A stretch of 64,000 bases of DNA from Bacteroidota bacterium (GTDB lineage Bacteria; Bacteroidota; Bacteroidia; JABEUT01): the NCBI GenBank assembly GCA_013289165.1, contig JABDAL010000005.1:846-64845 (forward strand), in the 5' to 3' direction. Positions 49,242-60,029 of the stretch are shown here, piece after piece (the first letter of the stretch is position 1; each line of letters begins with the position of its first letter). The position numbers were made by a program, and so were the translations under genes. The notes under the pieces were generated by a model. That model was not told the DNA's origin. It saw only the letters and a program-made list of their open reading frames with translations, and searched no databases.

Positions 49242-50726
49242 TTATTTTTTTAATTCTTTAAGCAAGATAAATGAGGGTTTTTCCATAAAGTAGACTACAG
49301 CTATAAACAGTAAGATTAAAGAATTATTTATAACCAGGTTAAGTATTTTCGACGGAATGTTCAATTGGGTACTTAGGAAGTACAAAATTAACGATAATGC
49401 AAAGTAGACAGATATGTGAAAGAAATCGTATTTAACAGGCAATTGTTTACGACTCATGAAGTAGGAAAGAACCATTATCGAAGCATAGCATATTAATGTT
49501 GCCCAGGCACAACCAATATATCCAATCCGCGGTATCCAGTATACATCCAACACAATGGTAATAATAGCCCCAATGGTGGTAAGATAGGCTCCGTAAAGGG
49601 TTTTATGGCTCAGCTTGTACCATATTGAAAGGGTATAAAACACCCCCAGGCATAAATTAGCCATTAATAATATAGGTACCACTTGCAGGCCACTCCAGTA
49701 GCGGGGGCCAATAAAATACTTTATCCAGGAAATATTGAGCATAGTGCCCAGGAAGATGAGCAGGCACACGATGATGAAATATTTAATTATGTCGGCGTAT
49801 GTTTTCGTAAAATCTTTCTCCTTAGCCGTGGCAAAGAAATAGGGTTCGGCAGCATACTTAAAAGCCTGCACAAACATGGTAATTATCATAGGTACCTTAT
49901 AACACGCGCTGTAAATGCCCGCTTGCTGCCAACTAACATCTGCCGGAAGTAAATATTGCAATAAGATACGGTCAAGGGTTTCATTCACCATGCCTGCAAG
50001 GCCTGCAAACACCAATGGAATGGCATACGGCATCATTTTTTTCCACAATACGGAATCAAACTTAATACCGGCTTTGACTATATCGGGAAGTAGCATCAAT
50101 AGTGTGGCAACACTTGCAATTACATTGGAAATTAAAATATATCCTATGCCGATATTCGGATTGTAAATGGGTTGTATGAAAGAATAAAAAAGGCTATCAG
50201 GATGCTTATAAATGGCAGGGCACAGCAGAAGAAAGAAAAGATTGCTGAGTATGTAGATAATAATATTCAACATTTTAATGGTTGCAAACCGGCGGGCTTT
50301 ATTAAGTTGTCGCAGCTTCGCAAATGGAATGGCACAAATGGCATCTGCACTTAGAATAAGAGCTAACCAAATAATGTATTCCGGGTGCGTGGGCAGATGG
50401 AGCCATCCGGCAATAGTTTGACTATATGCAACTATCAGTAAAATAAATAAAACTGAGGTTGAGGCTACGGACAGCAGTGTGGTACTATATACTTTCTTTT
50501 TATCTTCTTCTAATCGTGAAAAATTAAAAAGAGATGTTTCCATTCCATAAGTAAGTACAATATTTACAAATGAAATATAGGCATACAGAAAACTGATTTT
50601 GCCGTATTCACCCGTAGCAAATATATACGTATATAAAGGGACTAACAGATAGCTTAAAAGCCTTCCAATAATGTTTGGAAGCCCATATACTATTGTTTGC
50701 CCGGCTAAATCTTTGAGTGGTTTCAT
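49242..50726 (-). CDS. MOP-superfamily polysaccharide/oligosaccharide flippase
   Basis: 494 aa with about 14 TM helices. Has the typical position upstream of dut in Bacteroidota. Confidence 0.7.
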   Translation of the reverse strand: MKPLKDLAGQTIVYGLPNIIGRLLSYLLVPLYTYIFATGEYGKISFLYAYISFVNIVLTYGMETSLFNFSRLEEDKKKVYSTTLLSVASTSVLFILLIVAYSQTIAGWLHLPTHPEYIIWLALILSADAICAIPFAKLRQLNKARRFATIKMLNIIIYILSNLFFLLLCPAIYKHPDSLFYSFIQPIYNPNIGIGYILISNVIASVATLLMLLPDIVKAGIKFDSVLWKKMMPYAIPLVFAGLAGMVNETLDRILLQYLLPADVSWQQAGIYSACYKVPMIITMFVQAFKYAAEPYFFATAKEKDFTKTYADIIKYFIIVCLLIFLGTMLNISWIKYFIGPRYWSGLQVVPILLMANLCLGVFYTLSIWYKLSHKTLYGAYLTTIGAIITIVLDVYWIPRIGYIGCAWATLICYASIMVLSYFMSRKQLPVKYDFFHISVYFALSLILYFLSTQLNIPSKILNLVINNSLILLFIAVVYFMEKPSFILLKELKK

Positions 50727-50791
50727 TTTTAATTAGGAATTAGAAATTAAAAATTAGGAATCTATTCTTCTTTATTCCTAATTCGTAACTC

Positions 50792-51565
50792 CTAATTAAA
50801 TTGGGGTTTTCGTTTTTCTAAGAATGCGCTTATACCTTCTTTAATTTCTTCGGAAGCGAAACATTTTCCAAATTCGGTTAATTCAACTTCAAATCCTTCT
50901 TGCGTGCCAGTATAGCCATTTGCTGCCCGGATAGCAGCTCCAATGGCAAAGGGGGATTTGCCATGTATTATATTTAAAAGCTCTACACATCGTGGAATAA
51001 GCATTTCCTGGGTAACTACATAATTTACTAATCCGAGCTCCATAGCCTCCTGCGCAGTTAACATTCCGGCAGTCATCATTAACTCCAACCCTTTGCCCCT
51101 GCCAATGTTACGAATTAAGCGCTGTGTACCTCCATAACCCGGTATCAATCCCAGATTTACTTCTGGTTGTCCAAATTTTGCATTTTCTGAAGCTATTCTC
51201 AAATGACAAGCCATTGCCAGTTCACACCCACCGCCTAATGCAAACCCATTCACGGCTGCAATAACAGGTTTGGAAGAATTTTCAATGTTCTGAAAAACAT
51301 CCTGCCCTGCCTTTGCCATTGCCATGCCCTGCTCCTTATTGAGCCCCATAAATTCTTTTATGTCGGCCCCTGCAGCAAAAGCTTTTGGGCCTTCCCCCGT
51401 AATAATTATAGATTTTACATTCTTATCGTCAATTGCTTCTTCTACAGCCATTCCAATCTCTTTCACGGTTTCACGATTCAAGGCATTCATTTTATCCGGA
51501 CGATTTATGGTAATGATACAAATGCCATTTTCAATATTTATTTTGAGATTTTGAAATGCGGTCAT
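50792..51565 (-). CDS. enoyl-CoA hydratase (crotonase family)
   Basis: NALN, FAAGADI, AAVNGFALGGGCELAMAC motifs. Confidence 0.85.
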   Translation of the reverse strand: MTAFQNLKINIENGICIITINRPDKMNALNRETVKEIGMAVEEAIDDKNVKSIIITGEGPKAFAAGADIKEFMGLNKEQGMAMAKAGQDVFQNIENSSKPVIAAVNGFALGGGCELAMACHLRIASENAKFGQPEVNLGLIPGYGGTQRLIRNIGRGKGLELMMTAGMLTAQEAMELGLVNYVVTQEMLIPRCVELLNIIHGKSPFAIGAAIRAANGYTGTQEGFEVELTEFGKCFASEEIKEGISAFLEKRKPQFN

Positions 51566-51584
51566 ATAATTTATTCCTTTTTTA

Positions 51585-52022
51585 TTAAAATTTTCTATGC
51601 TCTTTCACCCAATCCTGGATATATTTCACAATAATTCCTGTATCTGTCCCGGGAGGAAAAAGCTTGCCTACTCCCATTTTATTCAGCTCTTCCATGTCTT
51701 TATCGGGTATTATACCTCCACCCGTAAGCAATACATCGTCCAGTTTTTTTTCCTTCATCAGCTTGATTATTTTCGGAAAGGCAGTGTTATGCGCACCTGA
51801 TAATATGCTTAGCCCTATAACATCTACATCCTCCTGTAAGGCTGTATTTACAACACTTTCAGGGGTTTGATGTAAACCGGTATATATTACTTCCATACCT
51901 GCATTTCTAAGGAATGAAGCAATTACTTTTGCTCCTCTGTCATGCCCGTCAAGGCCTACTTTAGCTACCAGTACCCTAATCGGGCGATTAAGTGAATTGT
52001 CGCCAGTTGTCATAAAGTACAA
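51585..52022 (-). CDS. cobalamin-binding domain protein (methylmalonyl-CoA mutase C-terminal-domain type)
   Basis: [18 protein letters not shown] (DxHxxG) ...GLSILSGAH...GG. Confidence 0.85.
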   Translation of the reverse strand: MYFMTTGDNSLNRPIRVLVAKVGLDGHDRGAKVIASFLRNAGMEVIYTGLHQTPESVVNTALQEDVDVIGLSILSGAHNTAFPKIIKLMKEKKLDDVLLTGGGIIPDKDMEELNKMGVGKLFPPGTDTGIIVKYIQDWVKEHRKF

Positions 52023-52024
52023 AT

Positions 52025-52621
52025 TTAGGATATATTCCCAAGTAACAGTTTTTCCACTGTTATTGGGTAATATTTGTATTCTAACTCATGCACTTTTTGG
52101 GCTATAGTTTCTACCGTATCTGAATTATTTATGGAACATTTGGCCTGGAAGATAATTTCTCCCTCATCGTATTTATCATTCACATAGTGAATAGTAATGC
52201 CCGTTTCCTTTTCATTATTTGCTAAAACTGCTTCGTGTACCTTCCGGCCATACATACCTTTCCCGCCATATTTTGGGAGAAGAGCAGGATGTATATTCAC
52301 CATTTTTCGTGGAAAGGCTTTTATAATATTATCCGGTATTATCCATAGAAAGCCTGCTAATACAATAAAATCTGCCTCGGTTTTCAATTTACCCACCAGC
52401 TTATCTGTTTCATAAAAAGTTTCCTTATCAACAACAATTGTCGGTATCCCGGCCTTTACAGCTTTATCTAATACACCTGCTCCTTTTTTATTAGATATGA
52501 TAAGGGATATTGTTACGTCCTTCTTATCTCTGAAGTAATCAATAAATTTCCGAGCATTTGTTCCTTCGCCGGAAGCAAAAATGGCAATCCTATACATATC
52601 TATCTTACCGCTATGCGACAA
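52025..52621 (-). CDS. purN: phosphoribosylglycinamide formyltransferase (start probably the internal Met before [12 protein letters not shown])
   Basis: [35 protein letters not shown] motifs. Confidence 0.9.
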   Translation of the reverse strand: MSHSGKIDMYRIAIFASGEGTNARKFIDYFRDKKDVTISLIISNKKGAGVLDKAVKAGIPTIVVDKETFYETDKLVGKLKTEADFIVLAGFLWIIPDNIIKAFPRKMVNIHPALLPKYGGKGMYGRKVHEAVLANNEKETGITIHYVNDKYDEGEIIFQAKCSINNSDTVETIAQKVHELEYKYYPITVEKLLLGNIS

Positions 52622-52675
52622 AAGTATAGAACATTCTCTACCAAATATGCCCAGAACCTTATAAAGTATGCCTCC

Positions 52676-52711
52676 TAAAAATAGTTAAGCCCCTTAAAAG
52701 GGGCTTAACTC
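52676..52711 (-). terminator. intrinsic terminator of the 1504-aa gene
   Basis: AGTTAAGCCCC (52683-52693) pairs with GGGGCTTAACT (52700-52710). On the minus strand it is followed by ATTTTT. Confidence 0.6.
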
Positions 52712-52732
52712 ATATCAAAATTTACTATTCTT

Positions 52733-55700
52733 TTAGTATTGAAGTATTACGGTACCGTTACCGGCAGGAGCTCCACCTGTTGTATTAATTGGATTTGCTC
52801 CGTTATTTATGGAACCTCCTCCTCCTCCTCCGGCATCATTAATACCTGTACCGCCACCACTATAACCACCACCACCACCGGCAGTTCCACGGTAACAGAA
52901 TGTTCCGCCACCGCCGCCGCCGTATCCACCGGCACCACCAACTTCGGTACCACTGGTACAACCAGCACCAGGAGTAGAACCATTCAGGTAAGAAAAGCCA
53001 GGACCACCACCACTAGGACTTCCATCAAGGCCTCCATTAGTCGTATAACCACCTCCAGGGCCACCGGTACCACTTCCATTCGGCTCTCCGGAGCTTCCCC
53101 CGTTTCCACCAGTTCCACCGGCACCACTATTATCATAGGAATTTTGACCATTTGTCAAACTGTTACCCATAGAATTGGCAATTGTACCAACCGGGCCCGT
53201 ATCCCTTCTTCCGCCGCCGCCGCCGGCAATAATTAATATATTATTGTTATTCAATACATACGAACCTCCACCGCCGCCACCGGCTGAAGTAGTGTTTGGT
53301 GTACCGACTCCCGCTTTTCCAACTAAAATTGTCAGCACTTCGCCCGGTGTAACCGTAAATGTACCTATCATTTGCGCACCATATCCACCAATATATTGAC
53401 CGTTATTAACACTCCCACCTTGGCCTCCGTTGGCGGTTATTGTCATTGATGAAATTCCACAACCTACCGTAAATGTTTGTATTGAACCGGTAGCTGAAAA
53501 GGTTGTTGTGGTATGTATCAAATTGCACACGCTTGAGACAACAGTTAAACAAGAAGGCGAACCACTGCAACCATTATTAGAAGCTGTTACACATATATTG
53601 GTTGTGCCTGCTGTTGCTCCAAAAGTTACCGTTGCTGTTCCGGCAGCCTGAGATGTTACTATTCCAACATTTGTATTCGATGATGTCCAGCTATAACTAT
53701 ATCCTGCAACAACAGGTATGGTATAGGTTTGACTAGTACTAATAAGGGGTGAAACCGATCCTACAGGAGTTGCCGGTGTTCCAGCAGGTGCACCTACCCT
53801 TACTATATACGTTGAATACCCGCTTAAGCAACTGGTTAGTCCACTGTCTGCTACAGATATTGTATATGTTGTAGGAGTAGCTGCAAAAGTTGCCGTTGCG
53901 GTCGTTGTAAACGTAGGGGACGACAACGTAGTTCCTGCTACTGAAGGGCTGATGCTCCAAATATATTTGTTCGCTCCGGCTACCGGTGAACAGGTATACG
54001 TTTGGGCTGATGCTGCTGCGCAGAACTGTTGAGGGCCTCCTATGTTTGATGGAGCTGCAGGCGGAGTACATCCACAAACCATGCTCGTCCACGCTCCGGC
54101 ATATAACTCTAAACAGTTTACACTCGTATTAAATACTACCAATCCATTGGGTGGATTTGGTAGCGCATTCATTTGTGCTGTTGACATCCTCGGGAACAAT
54201 ACCCCGCCCGTACTCGATGTTACATCTATTGCGGCCGACCCATTCGGGCTATTGGTTCCTATTCCTATTTGACCAGGATTGCCTGCATTTCCACTATTCT
54301 CTACTGACAAATAAGTATTCCCCGCTCCTCCATTGCTTATCATAAATTCGCCTGTGCCTACCTGCGCTCCTGTCCCTAAATCTACATTCAGGTTAAAGTT
54401 TGTTTGAGCTATCAATGTATTTTGAATCAACGGGCCTCCTAATTGTACTACTCCTGCATTGAAAGTCAACCCATTGTTTGCAGTCCCTGCCGAACCCCAT
54501 TGAGGCGCTACGCCGGCACCTTGCGACACTAATATCTGACCCGATACACCCGGATTATAAACCGCTCCATAATAAGGCATTAACGCTCCATTAAATTCAT
54601 AACCGGTAACTGAGTGATTCCCGAATACCATCGTATTGCTTGCTCCGGCCACTGCTCCATTTCCTATCGCCGTTACATTCGTTGCTGTTGCTACACTCGC
54701 TCCAGCTCCATAACCTATGGCCGTATTGTACGAACTTGTCATGTTTGATAATGCACTATCTCCTATGGCCACATTGCCCGATCCGGCTGTATTTGCATAC
54801 AATGCTGAATATCCTATCCCTATGTTGCGGCCTCCCGTCGTGTTCGAATATAACGCATAGTAACCCATTGCATTGTTATACCCTCCACTGGTGTTCGTAT
54901 ACAACGCATCATACCCTATCGCATTGTTATGTACACCACTCAGGTTATAATACATAGCATTTGTACCCATTACATTATTATAGGAACCGCTTCCAAAACC
55001 ACTCCCATTATATAATGAAAAAGCACCTATTGCATTGTTATACGAACCGCTGTAGTTTTCATACATCGCATAATAGCCCATCGCATTATTGTACCCTCCT
55101 GTATAGTTATACGCCATCGCAAAGTAACCAACCGCATTATTGTACGATCCCGTATTCCCGCTTATTCCATATAACGCATAATAACCCATCGAGTTATTAT
55201 ACGATCCTCCGCTATTTGTATACTGGGAATAATAACCTATCGCATTATCGTTGCTACCTCCAGCTATATAACCAGCCATGTAACCCATATCATTATTATA
55301 CGAATAGCCACTATTCGTATACCCCGCTTCATACCCTATCGCATTATTATACGATGCACCTCCTGAATTATTATACTGCGCATAATACCCGAATGCATTA
55401 TTATACGATCCCGTTGTATTCGTATACCCTGCTTCGTACCCTATCGCATTATTATAAGACCCTGTCGTATTGCCATACATCGCAGCATAACCCACCGCAT
55501 CATTATACGCTCCCGTCGTATTCCCATACATCGCATTTGCTCCTACTGCCGCATTATACGATCCACTCGTATTCGAATACATTGCATCATACCCTAAACC
55601 CATATTATACGCTCCTGTGGTATTACTGTACAGCGCACTATTTCCTATCCCTACGTTCCATGCTCCCGTCGTATTCTTATACAAAGGCTCATACCCTAGT

Positions 55701-57247
55701 CCCACATTCCCCGCTCCGCTAAGGTTGCTGTTCAAGGCTCCATAACCTAAACCCACGCCAGCTACACCCGTTGTGTTTGATGATAATACTTTCGAACCTA
55801 TGGCCGTATTATAATAACCTGTTGTATTAGAATTTAATGCACTGTCCGCTATCCCTATATTATAAGAACCGGTCGTTACTGCCCCCATAGCCATATAACC
55901 GCCTCCTACATTATACGATCCTATCGTCGCATTCTGCAAGGTTAAATAACCTACTCCTATATTTCCAGTTCCACTCGTATTGCTCCCTAAGGTTCCATAT
56001 CCCAAGGCTGTATTGCTTCCCCCATTGTCGCTCTTTAACGCTCCGCTTCCCACACCTACATCATTGCTCCCCGTCGTAACCGTAGACACACTATTATACC
56101 CTAAGCCGGTATTGTTCGCTCCTGATGTTAAAGGGCCTACGTTGCTTCCTGACAAATAACCTATAAACGTATTGTCGCGAACTTCATCAATACGCCCTGC
56201 CTTATTACCTTTTATCCCAAAGTTCAACGGTGTTGCATCCGTCGTACCCAGGAAATTTGTCCCATCTATGATTCCTCCATTGCCTGTTATAATCCATGGC
56301 GTTCCCGGAGTGATTCCTCCTCCCCAATCGGTTACTACATACCAGTTCGTCCCATTGCTCTGAAGCATCATCGAACCTCCTACCAAAGATAAGGTCGCAT
56401 TCGCTTTCGAGCCGCTATAGATGCTTCCGCTCGCTGCCATAATCGTCACCGCATTTGTCGTCACTACCGCGGGAGCATACAAGACGGTATAATATCTCCG
56501 CATATTTGTCGGGCCTGCCGCAGGCAAGGTTACCGTAAACGTTGCCGCATTCGGATCTACTAACACTGTATTATAAGTGTTATCTAAGGTCGTATTCCCC
56601 GTCAAAGCCACAGCCGATATCTGCGCTCCTACTGACCCGTTTATATCTAAGCTGCTTACAGGGGTCCCTTCATTGATTCCCGTGAAGCCCGTATTATTCC
56701 CTATCTCTACTATCCCGCTCGCTTTCGCGCCGCTTCCTATATTTACTAAACCCGATCCTGTGTTATTCAGGTTCGCTGCACCTGTACTCGTTACAGCTCC
56801 CAATGTGCTCAATCCCACTACATTCAAGGTCCCTCCTATTATTCCCGTATCGTCTATGTTGAAGTTCGCGCCTGCCTGCACCGTCTTCTGGTTCAATATA
56901 TATGTTCCCAGCGGAGTGGCTGAATTATACAGATACACCCACTGTTTTCCACTCCAATAGTAAAATCCTGCTCCATAACCTCCCGCCGTTACCGTCGGGC
57001 TATTCGTGTTCCACACTATCAAACCCGCAGAAGGCGCACTCACCGGTGTGGACGTAGTTACATTCACGATATCTACACTCGTTAACAACATCCCCAAGGT
57101 GCTGTTCGATGGATCGCTTAAATCCAGTATAGTTGATGCATTTCCAGGATTTCCTGAACTGTTTACCGCTACGTTTTGTGAATAAATCGCAGGGGATATT
57201 CCCACAAGAAGCGCTGCTATGGCGCATTTTACGTAAAATTTGTTCAT
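52733..57247 (-). CDS. giant secreted repeat protein (1504 aa): signal peptide, about 40 tail-fibre/adhesin-like N.A.GY.A.Y.NT.G repeats, Ig/PKD-like modules, C-terminal glycine-rich (ALK/LTK GRD-like) domain
   Basis: N-terminus MNKFYVKCAIAALLVGISPAIYSQ. Repeat region about 54640-56110. C-terminus ..GEVLTILVGKAGVG..SAGGGGGGSYVLNNNNILIIAGGGGGRR..GGGYSGGG.. Confidence 0.8.
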   Translation of the reverse strand: MNKFYVKCAIAALLVGISPAIYSQNVAVNSSGNPGNASTILDLSDPSNSTLGMLLTSVDIVNVTTSTPVSAPSAGLIVWNTNSPTVTAGGYGAGFYYWSGKQWVYLYNSATPLGTYILNQKTVQAGANFNIDDTGIIGGTLNVVGLSTLGAVTSTGAANLNNTGSGLVNIGSGAKASGIVEIGNNTGFTGINEGTPVSSLDINGSVGAQISAVALTGNTTLDNTYNTVLVDPNAATFTVTLPAAGPTNMRRYYTVLYAPAVVTTNAVTIMAASGSIYSGSKANATLSLVGGSMMLQSNGTNWYVVTDWGGGITPGTPWIITGNGGIIDGTNFLGTTDATPLNFGIKGNKAGRIDEVRDNTFIGYLSGSNVGPLTSGANNTGLGYNSVSTVTTGSNDVGVGSGALKSDNGGSNTALGYGTLGSNTSGTGNIGVGYLTLQNATIGSYNVGGGYMAMGAVTTGSYNIGIADSALNSNTTGYYNTAIGSKVLSSNTTGVAGVGLGYGALNSNLSGAGNVGLGYEPLYKNTTGAWNVGIGNSALYSNTTGAYNMGLGYDAMYSNTSGSYNAAVGANAMYGNTTGAYNDAVGYAAMYGNTTGSYNNAIGYEAGYTNTTGSYNNAFGYYAQYNNSGGASYNNAIGYEAGYTNSGYSYNNDMGYMAGYIAGGSNDNAIGYYSQYTNSGGSYNNSMGYYALYGISGNTGSYNNAVGYFAMAYNYTGGYNNAMGYYAMYENYSGSYNNAIGAFSLYNGSGFGSGSYNNVMGTNAMYYNLSGVHNNAIGYDALYTNTSGGYNNAMGYYALYSNTTGGRNIGIGYSALYANTAGSGNVAIGDSALSNMTSSYNTAIGYGAGASVATATNVTAIGNGAVAGASNTMVFGNHSVTGYEFNGALMPYYGAVYNPGVSGQILVSQGAGVAPQWGSAGTANNGLTFNAGVVQLGGPLIQNTLIAQTNFNLNVDLGTGAQVGTGEFMISNGGAGNTYLSVENSGNAGNPGQIGIGTNSPNGSAAIDVTSSTGGVLFPRMSTAQMNALPNPPNGLVVFNTSVNCLELYAGAWTSMVCGCTPPAAPSNIGGPQQFCAAASAQTYTCSPVAGANKYIWSISPSVAGTTLSSPTFTTTATATFAATPTTYTISVADSGLTSCLSGYSTYIVRVGAPAGTPATPVGSVSPLISTSQTYTIPVVAGYSYSWTSSNTNVGIVTSQAAGTATVTFGATAGTTNICVTASNNGCSGSPSCLTVVSSVCNLIHTTTTFSATGSIQTFTVGCGISSMTITANGGQGGSVNNGQYIGGYGAQMIGTFTVTPGEVLTILVGKAGVGTPNTTSAGGGGGGSYVLNNNNILIIAGGGGGRRDTGPVGTIANSMGNSLTNGQNSYDNSGAGGTGGNGGSSGEPNGSGTGGPGGGYTTNGGLDGSPSGGGPGFSYLNGSTPGAGCTSGTEVGGAGGYGGGGGGTFCYRGTAGGGGGYSGGGTGINDAGGGGGGSINNGANPINTTGGAPAGNGTVILQY

Positions 57248-57531
57248 GTTATTATGTTTTACTGGTAAAATTACTAACGGATTATGGGCGCAATGTAGTA
57301 TATTTCCTCAATACATAACATACCCCACCTCAACTCCTCCATAATTATTGTCCTCATCTTTATATTATCTATTGATTATCAGAAAAATAAAATTTCAACT
57401 TTTCAGAGAGAGCCCGCTGAAATTTTGCCTTTTCAGTAAGAAAAATACTCTTTTGCTTATTTACTAATACAAGCATGAAAAAGTGACTGATTTTTTATAT
57501 TTTTCCCTAAAGGCCGTTTATCGGACCGAAG

Positions 57532-57605
57532 AGCCTCGCAGGGGACTCGAACCCCCGACCTGCTGATTACGAATCAGCTGCTCTAGCCAGCTGAGCTAAC
57601 GAGGC
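57532..57605 (-). tRNA. tRNA-Thr (anticodon CGU)
   Basis: The reverse complement GCCTCGTTAGCTCAGCTGGCTAGAGCAGCTGATTCGTAATCAGCAGGTCGGGGGTTCGAGTCCCCTGCGAGGCT folds as a cloverleaf with anticodon loop TTCGTAA and T-loop GTTCGAGTC. No encoded CCA. Confidence 0.9.
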
Positions 57606-57641
57606 AATTTTTAAAAATATATTTATACCATGTATCGAATA

Positions 57642-58925
57642 TCAAATAAATTTTATCAAATAGTAATTTTTCTTCCCCTTTTGGGCCAGAAGATATCGTT
57701 TCTTAATAATGTTATTTAGCCCCATCACAAGGTTCAAATCCTCCACTTTTTCTTTATTAATAAAAACACCTCCGCCCATCAACATTTTTCTGGCCTCTCC
57801 TTTAGATGGAAAAATACTTGTAGTTGTGCTGAGAAAATCAATAATAGGAATCCCACTTTGCAGGTCAGTAAGAGGAACACTTACCTGTGGAACTCCTTCA
57901 AAAACAGCTTGCAGGTCCTGTTCTGAAAGTTTCTCCAGGCTATCTTTGGTTCCCCGCCCAAAAAGAAGTTCGGAAGCCTCAACGGCAAGATTATAATCTG
58001 CTTCGGAATGCACCCGAATAGTAACATCTTTGGCCAGTTCTTTTTGCAAAATACGTAAATGTGGTGTGGCCTCATGTTCTTTTTCCAAAGACTCTATCAT
58101 TATCTTGTCGAATAACGTAAATATCCTGATATATTTTTTTGCATCTTCATCGGAAACATTTAGCCAAAACTGGTAAAATTTATACGACGATGTTTTATCC
58201 GGATCGAGCCAGATATTACCTTCTTCTGTTTTTCCAAACTTGGCGCCATCTGCTTTAGTAACCAACTGAGTGGTAATAGCATATGCTTCTCCTCCACTCA
58301 TTCTCCTAATCAATTCTGTACCCGTAACAATATTGCCCCATTGATCTGAACCACCCATTTGAAGTTTGCAATTTTTATTTTTCCATAAGTAGTAAAAATC
58401 ATACCCCTGCACAAGCTGGTAACTAAATTCAGTGAAAGATATCCCATTCTCCATACGATTTTTCACAGAATCTTTAGTCAGCATATAATTAACGGTAATA
58501 TGTTTACCTACCTCTCGTATAAAATCTAAAAACCCGTATTCTTTAAACCAGTCATAATTGTTTACAATTTCAGCAGAATTTTCACCGCAATCAAAATTGA
58601 GAAACTTTTCCAGTTGATTACGTTGGCAAGTAAGATTATATTCCAATATATCGGAAGTCAATAAATTCCTTTCCTGTGATTTACCAGAGGGATCACCTAC
58701 CATTCCGGTTGCCCCGCCTACCAATACAATTGGCTTATGTCCTGCCTTTTGAAAATGCAGCAGGGTCATAACTTGCGCCAGGTTGCCAACGCCAAGGGAA
58801 TCGGAAGTAGGATCGAAACCAATATATCCGCTTACCAAACCACTTTTCAGCAGTTCTTCTGTTCCCGGCATAATATCGTGAAGCATCCCTCTCCACCTTA
58901 ACTCTTCTATAAAATTTAGTTTCAT
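57642..58925 (-). CDS. tyrS: tyrosine--tRNA ligase
   Basis: [17 protein letters not shown] (HIGH-type region), KFGKTE (KMSKS-type), C-terminal S4-like domain. Confidence 0.92.
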   Translation of the reverse strand: MKLNFIEELRWRGMLHDIMPGTEELLKSGLVSGYIGFDPTSDSLGVGNLAQVMTLLHFQKAGHKPIVLVGGATGMVGDPSGKSQERNLLTSDILEYNLTCQRNQLEKFLNFDCGENSAEIVNNYDWFKEYGFLDFIREVGKHITVNYMLTKDSVKNRMENGISFTEFSYQLVQGYDFYYLWKNKNCKLQMGGSDQWGNIVTGTELIRRMSGGEAYAITTQLVTKADGAKFGKTEEGNIWLDPDKTSSYKFYQFWLNVSDEDAKKYIRIFTLFDKIMIESLEKEHEATPHLRILQKELAKDVTIRVHSEADYNLAVEASELLFGRGTKDSLEKLSEQDLQAVFEGVPQVSVPLTDLQSGIPIIDFLSTTTSIFPSKGEARKMLMGGGVFINKEKVEDLNLVMGLNNIIKKRYLLAQKGKKNYYLIKFI

Positions 58926-59024
58926 GAGCCGGCAAAGTTAAAAAGTTACAAGTTTAAAAAGTTTATAAAGTTGAAAGTTATTTAACTTTATGAACTTTTA
59001 ACGATAGGAACTTTATAAACTTGT

Positions 59025-60029
59025 ATGGTATTTGTAACCGGAGGAACTGGTTTTTTAGGTGCTTATCTTTTAGCTGAACTAGTAAAAAAAAATGAATTGG
59101 TTGTAGCCTTGAAAAGGCCAGGCAGCAGCACTTTTAACACTGAAAAACTTTTTTCTTTAAAATTTGAAGCAGAGGGGCAGGAACAATTTCAAAAAATAAA
59201 ATGGGTAGACGGAGATATTCTTGACCCGTGGTCGCTTTCGGAAGCAATGCAAGGTATAAAAGATGTTTATCACTGTGCGGCGGAAGTAAGTTTACGTGAC
59301 CATAATCCGGATTCGATAATAAATACAGCCACAAAGGGAACAGAAAATATGGTACATGCTTCGCTGGTAGTTGGCGTTGAAAAATTTTGCCATGTAAGCT
59401 CTGTAGTAGCCTTGGGCAAACCAGCAGAAAACTATATTGATGAGGAATGTTTCGAAGATTTTTCTTTTAAAAATGCACCTTATTCTATTGGGAAGCACTT
59501 GGCTGAACTGCAAGTATGGAAAGCGCATGCTGAAGGGTTAAAAGTAGTTATTGTGTCTCCATCTATTATTCTTGGCCCATGGAACTACGTTACAGACGGA
59601 AGTATGAGTATGTTTCCATATATAGACAAAACATCCCTGTTTTACACACGTGGAGTTATGGGTTTTGTAGATGTGAATGATGTTGTAAATACTATGTTGT
59701 TATTAATGGAAAAAGGGCCCTATAATGAGCGCTTCATTATCAATTCTGAGAATATATCTTTTAAAGACATTATTACAACAATAGCTATAAATATTAATAA
59801 ACCTATCCCAAGAATTCCTTTAAGCTATTCTACTCTAAAAATATTTAAATTACTAAATAATATATGGAACAAACAAAAGATAAGTAATACCATGGTAGAG
59901 CATGCAACAGGTACACACAGCTTCAGTAATATGAAGGTTAAAAAAACATTGAGCTATTCATTTATTCCGGTAGATAAGAGCATTGAAACAACTGCAAAAT
60001 TTTATATCAGTGAGAGGGGGAGAAAATAA
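59025..60029 (+). CDS. NAD-dependent epimerase/dehydratase (extended SDR) family protein
   Basis: VFVTGGTGFLGAYL Rossmann motif and YSIGK (YxxxK). Confidence 0.8.
   Translation: MVFVTGGTGFLGAYLLAELVKKNELVVALKRPGSSTFNTEKLFSLKFEAEGQEQFQKIKWVDGDILDPWSLSEAMQGIKDVYHCAAEVSLRDHNPDSIINTATKGTENMVHASLVVGVEKFCHVSSVVALGKPAENYIDEECFEDFSFKNAPYSIGKHLAELQVWKAHAEGLKVVIVSPSIILGPWNYVTDGSMSMFPYIDKTSLFYTRGVMGFVDVNDVVNTMLLLMEKGPYNERFIINSENISFKDIITTIAININKPIPRIPLSYSTLKIFKLLNNIWNKQKISNTMVEHATGTHSFSNMKVKKTLSYSFIPVDKSIETTAKFYISERGRK

Noticed and set aside
53175-56960. Many long plus-strand ORFs (e.g. 54961-55722 at 253 aa, 54640-54957, 56577-56960) opposite the 1504-aa gene.
   Set aside because: They are antisense products of a stop-poor, repeat-rich, GC-elevated gene. 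Their translations are low-complexity (H/Y/T/L/S or P/V runs) with no start context.
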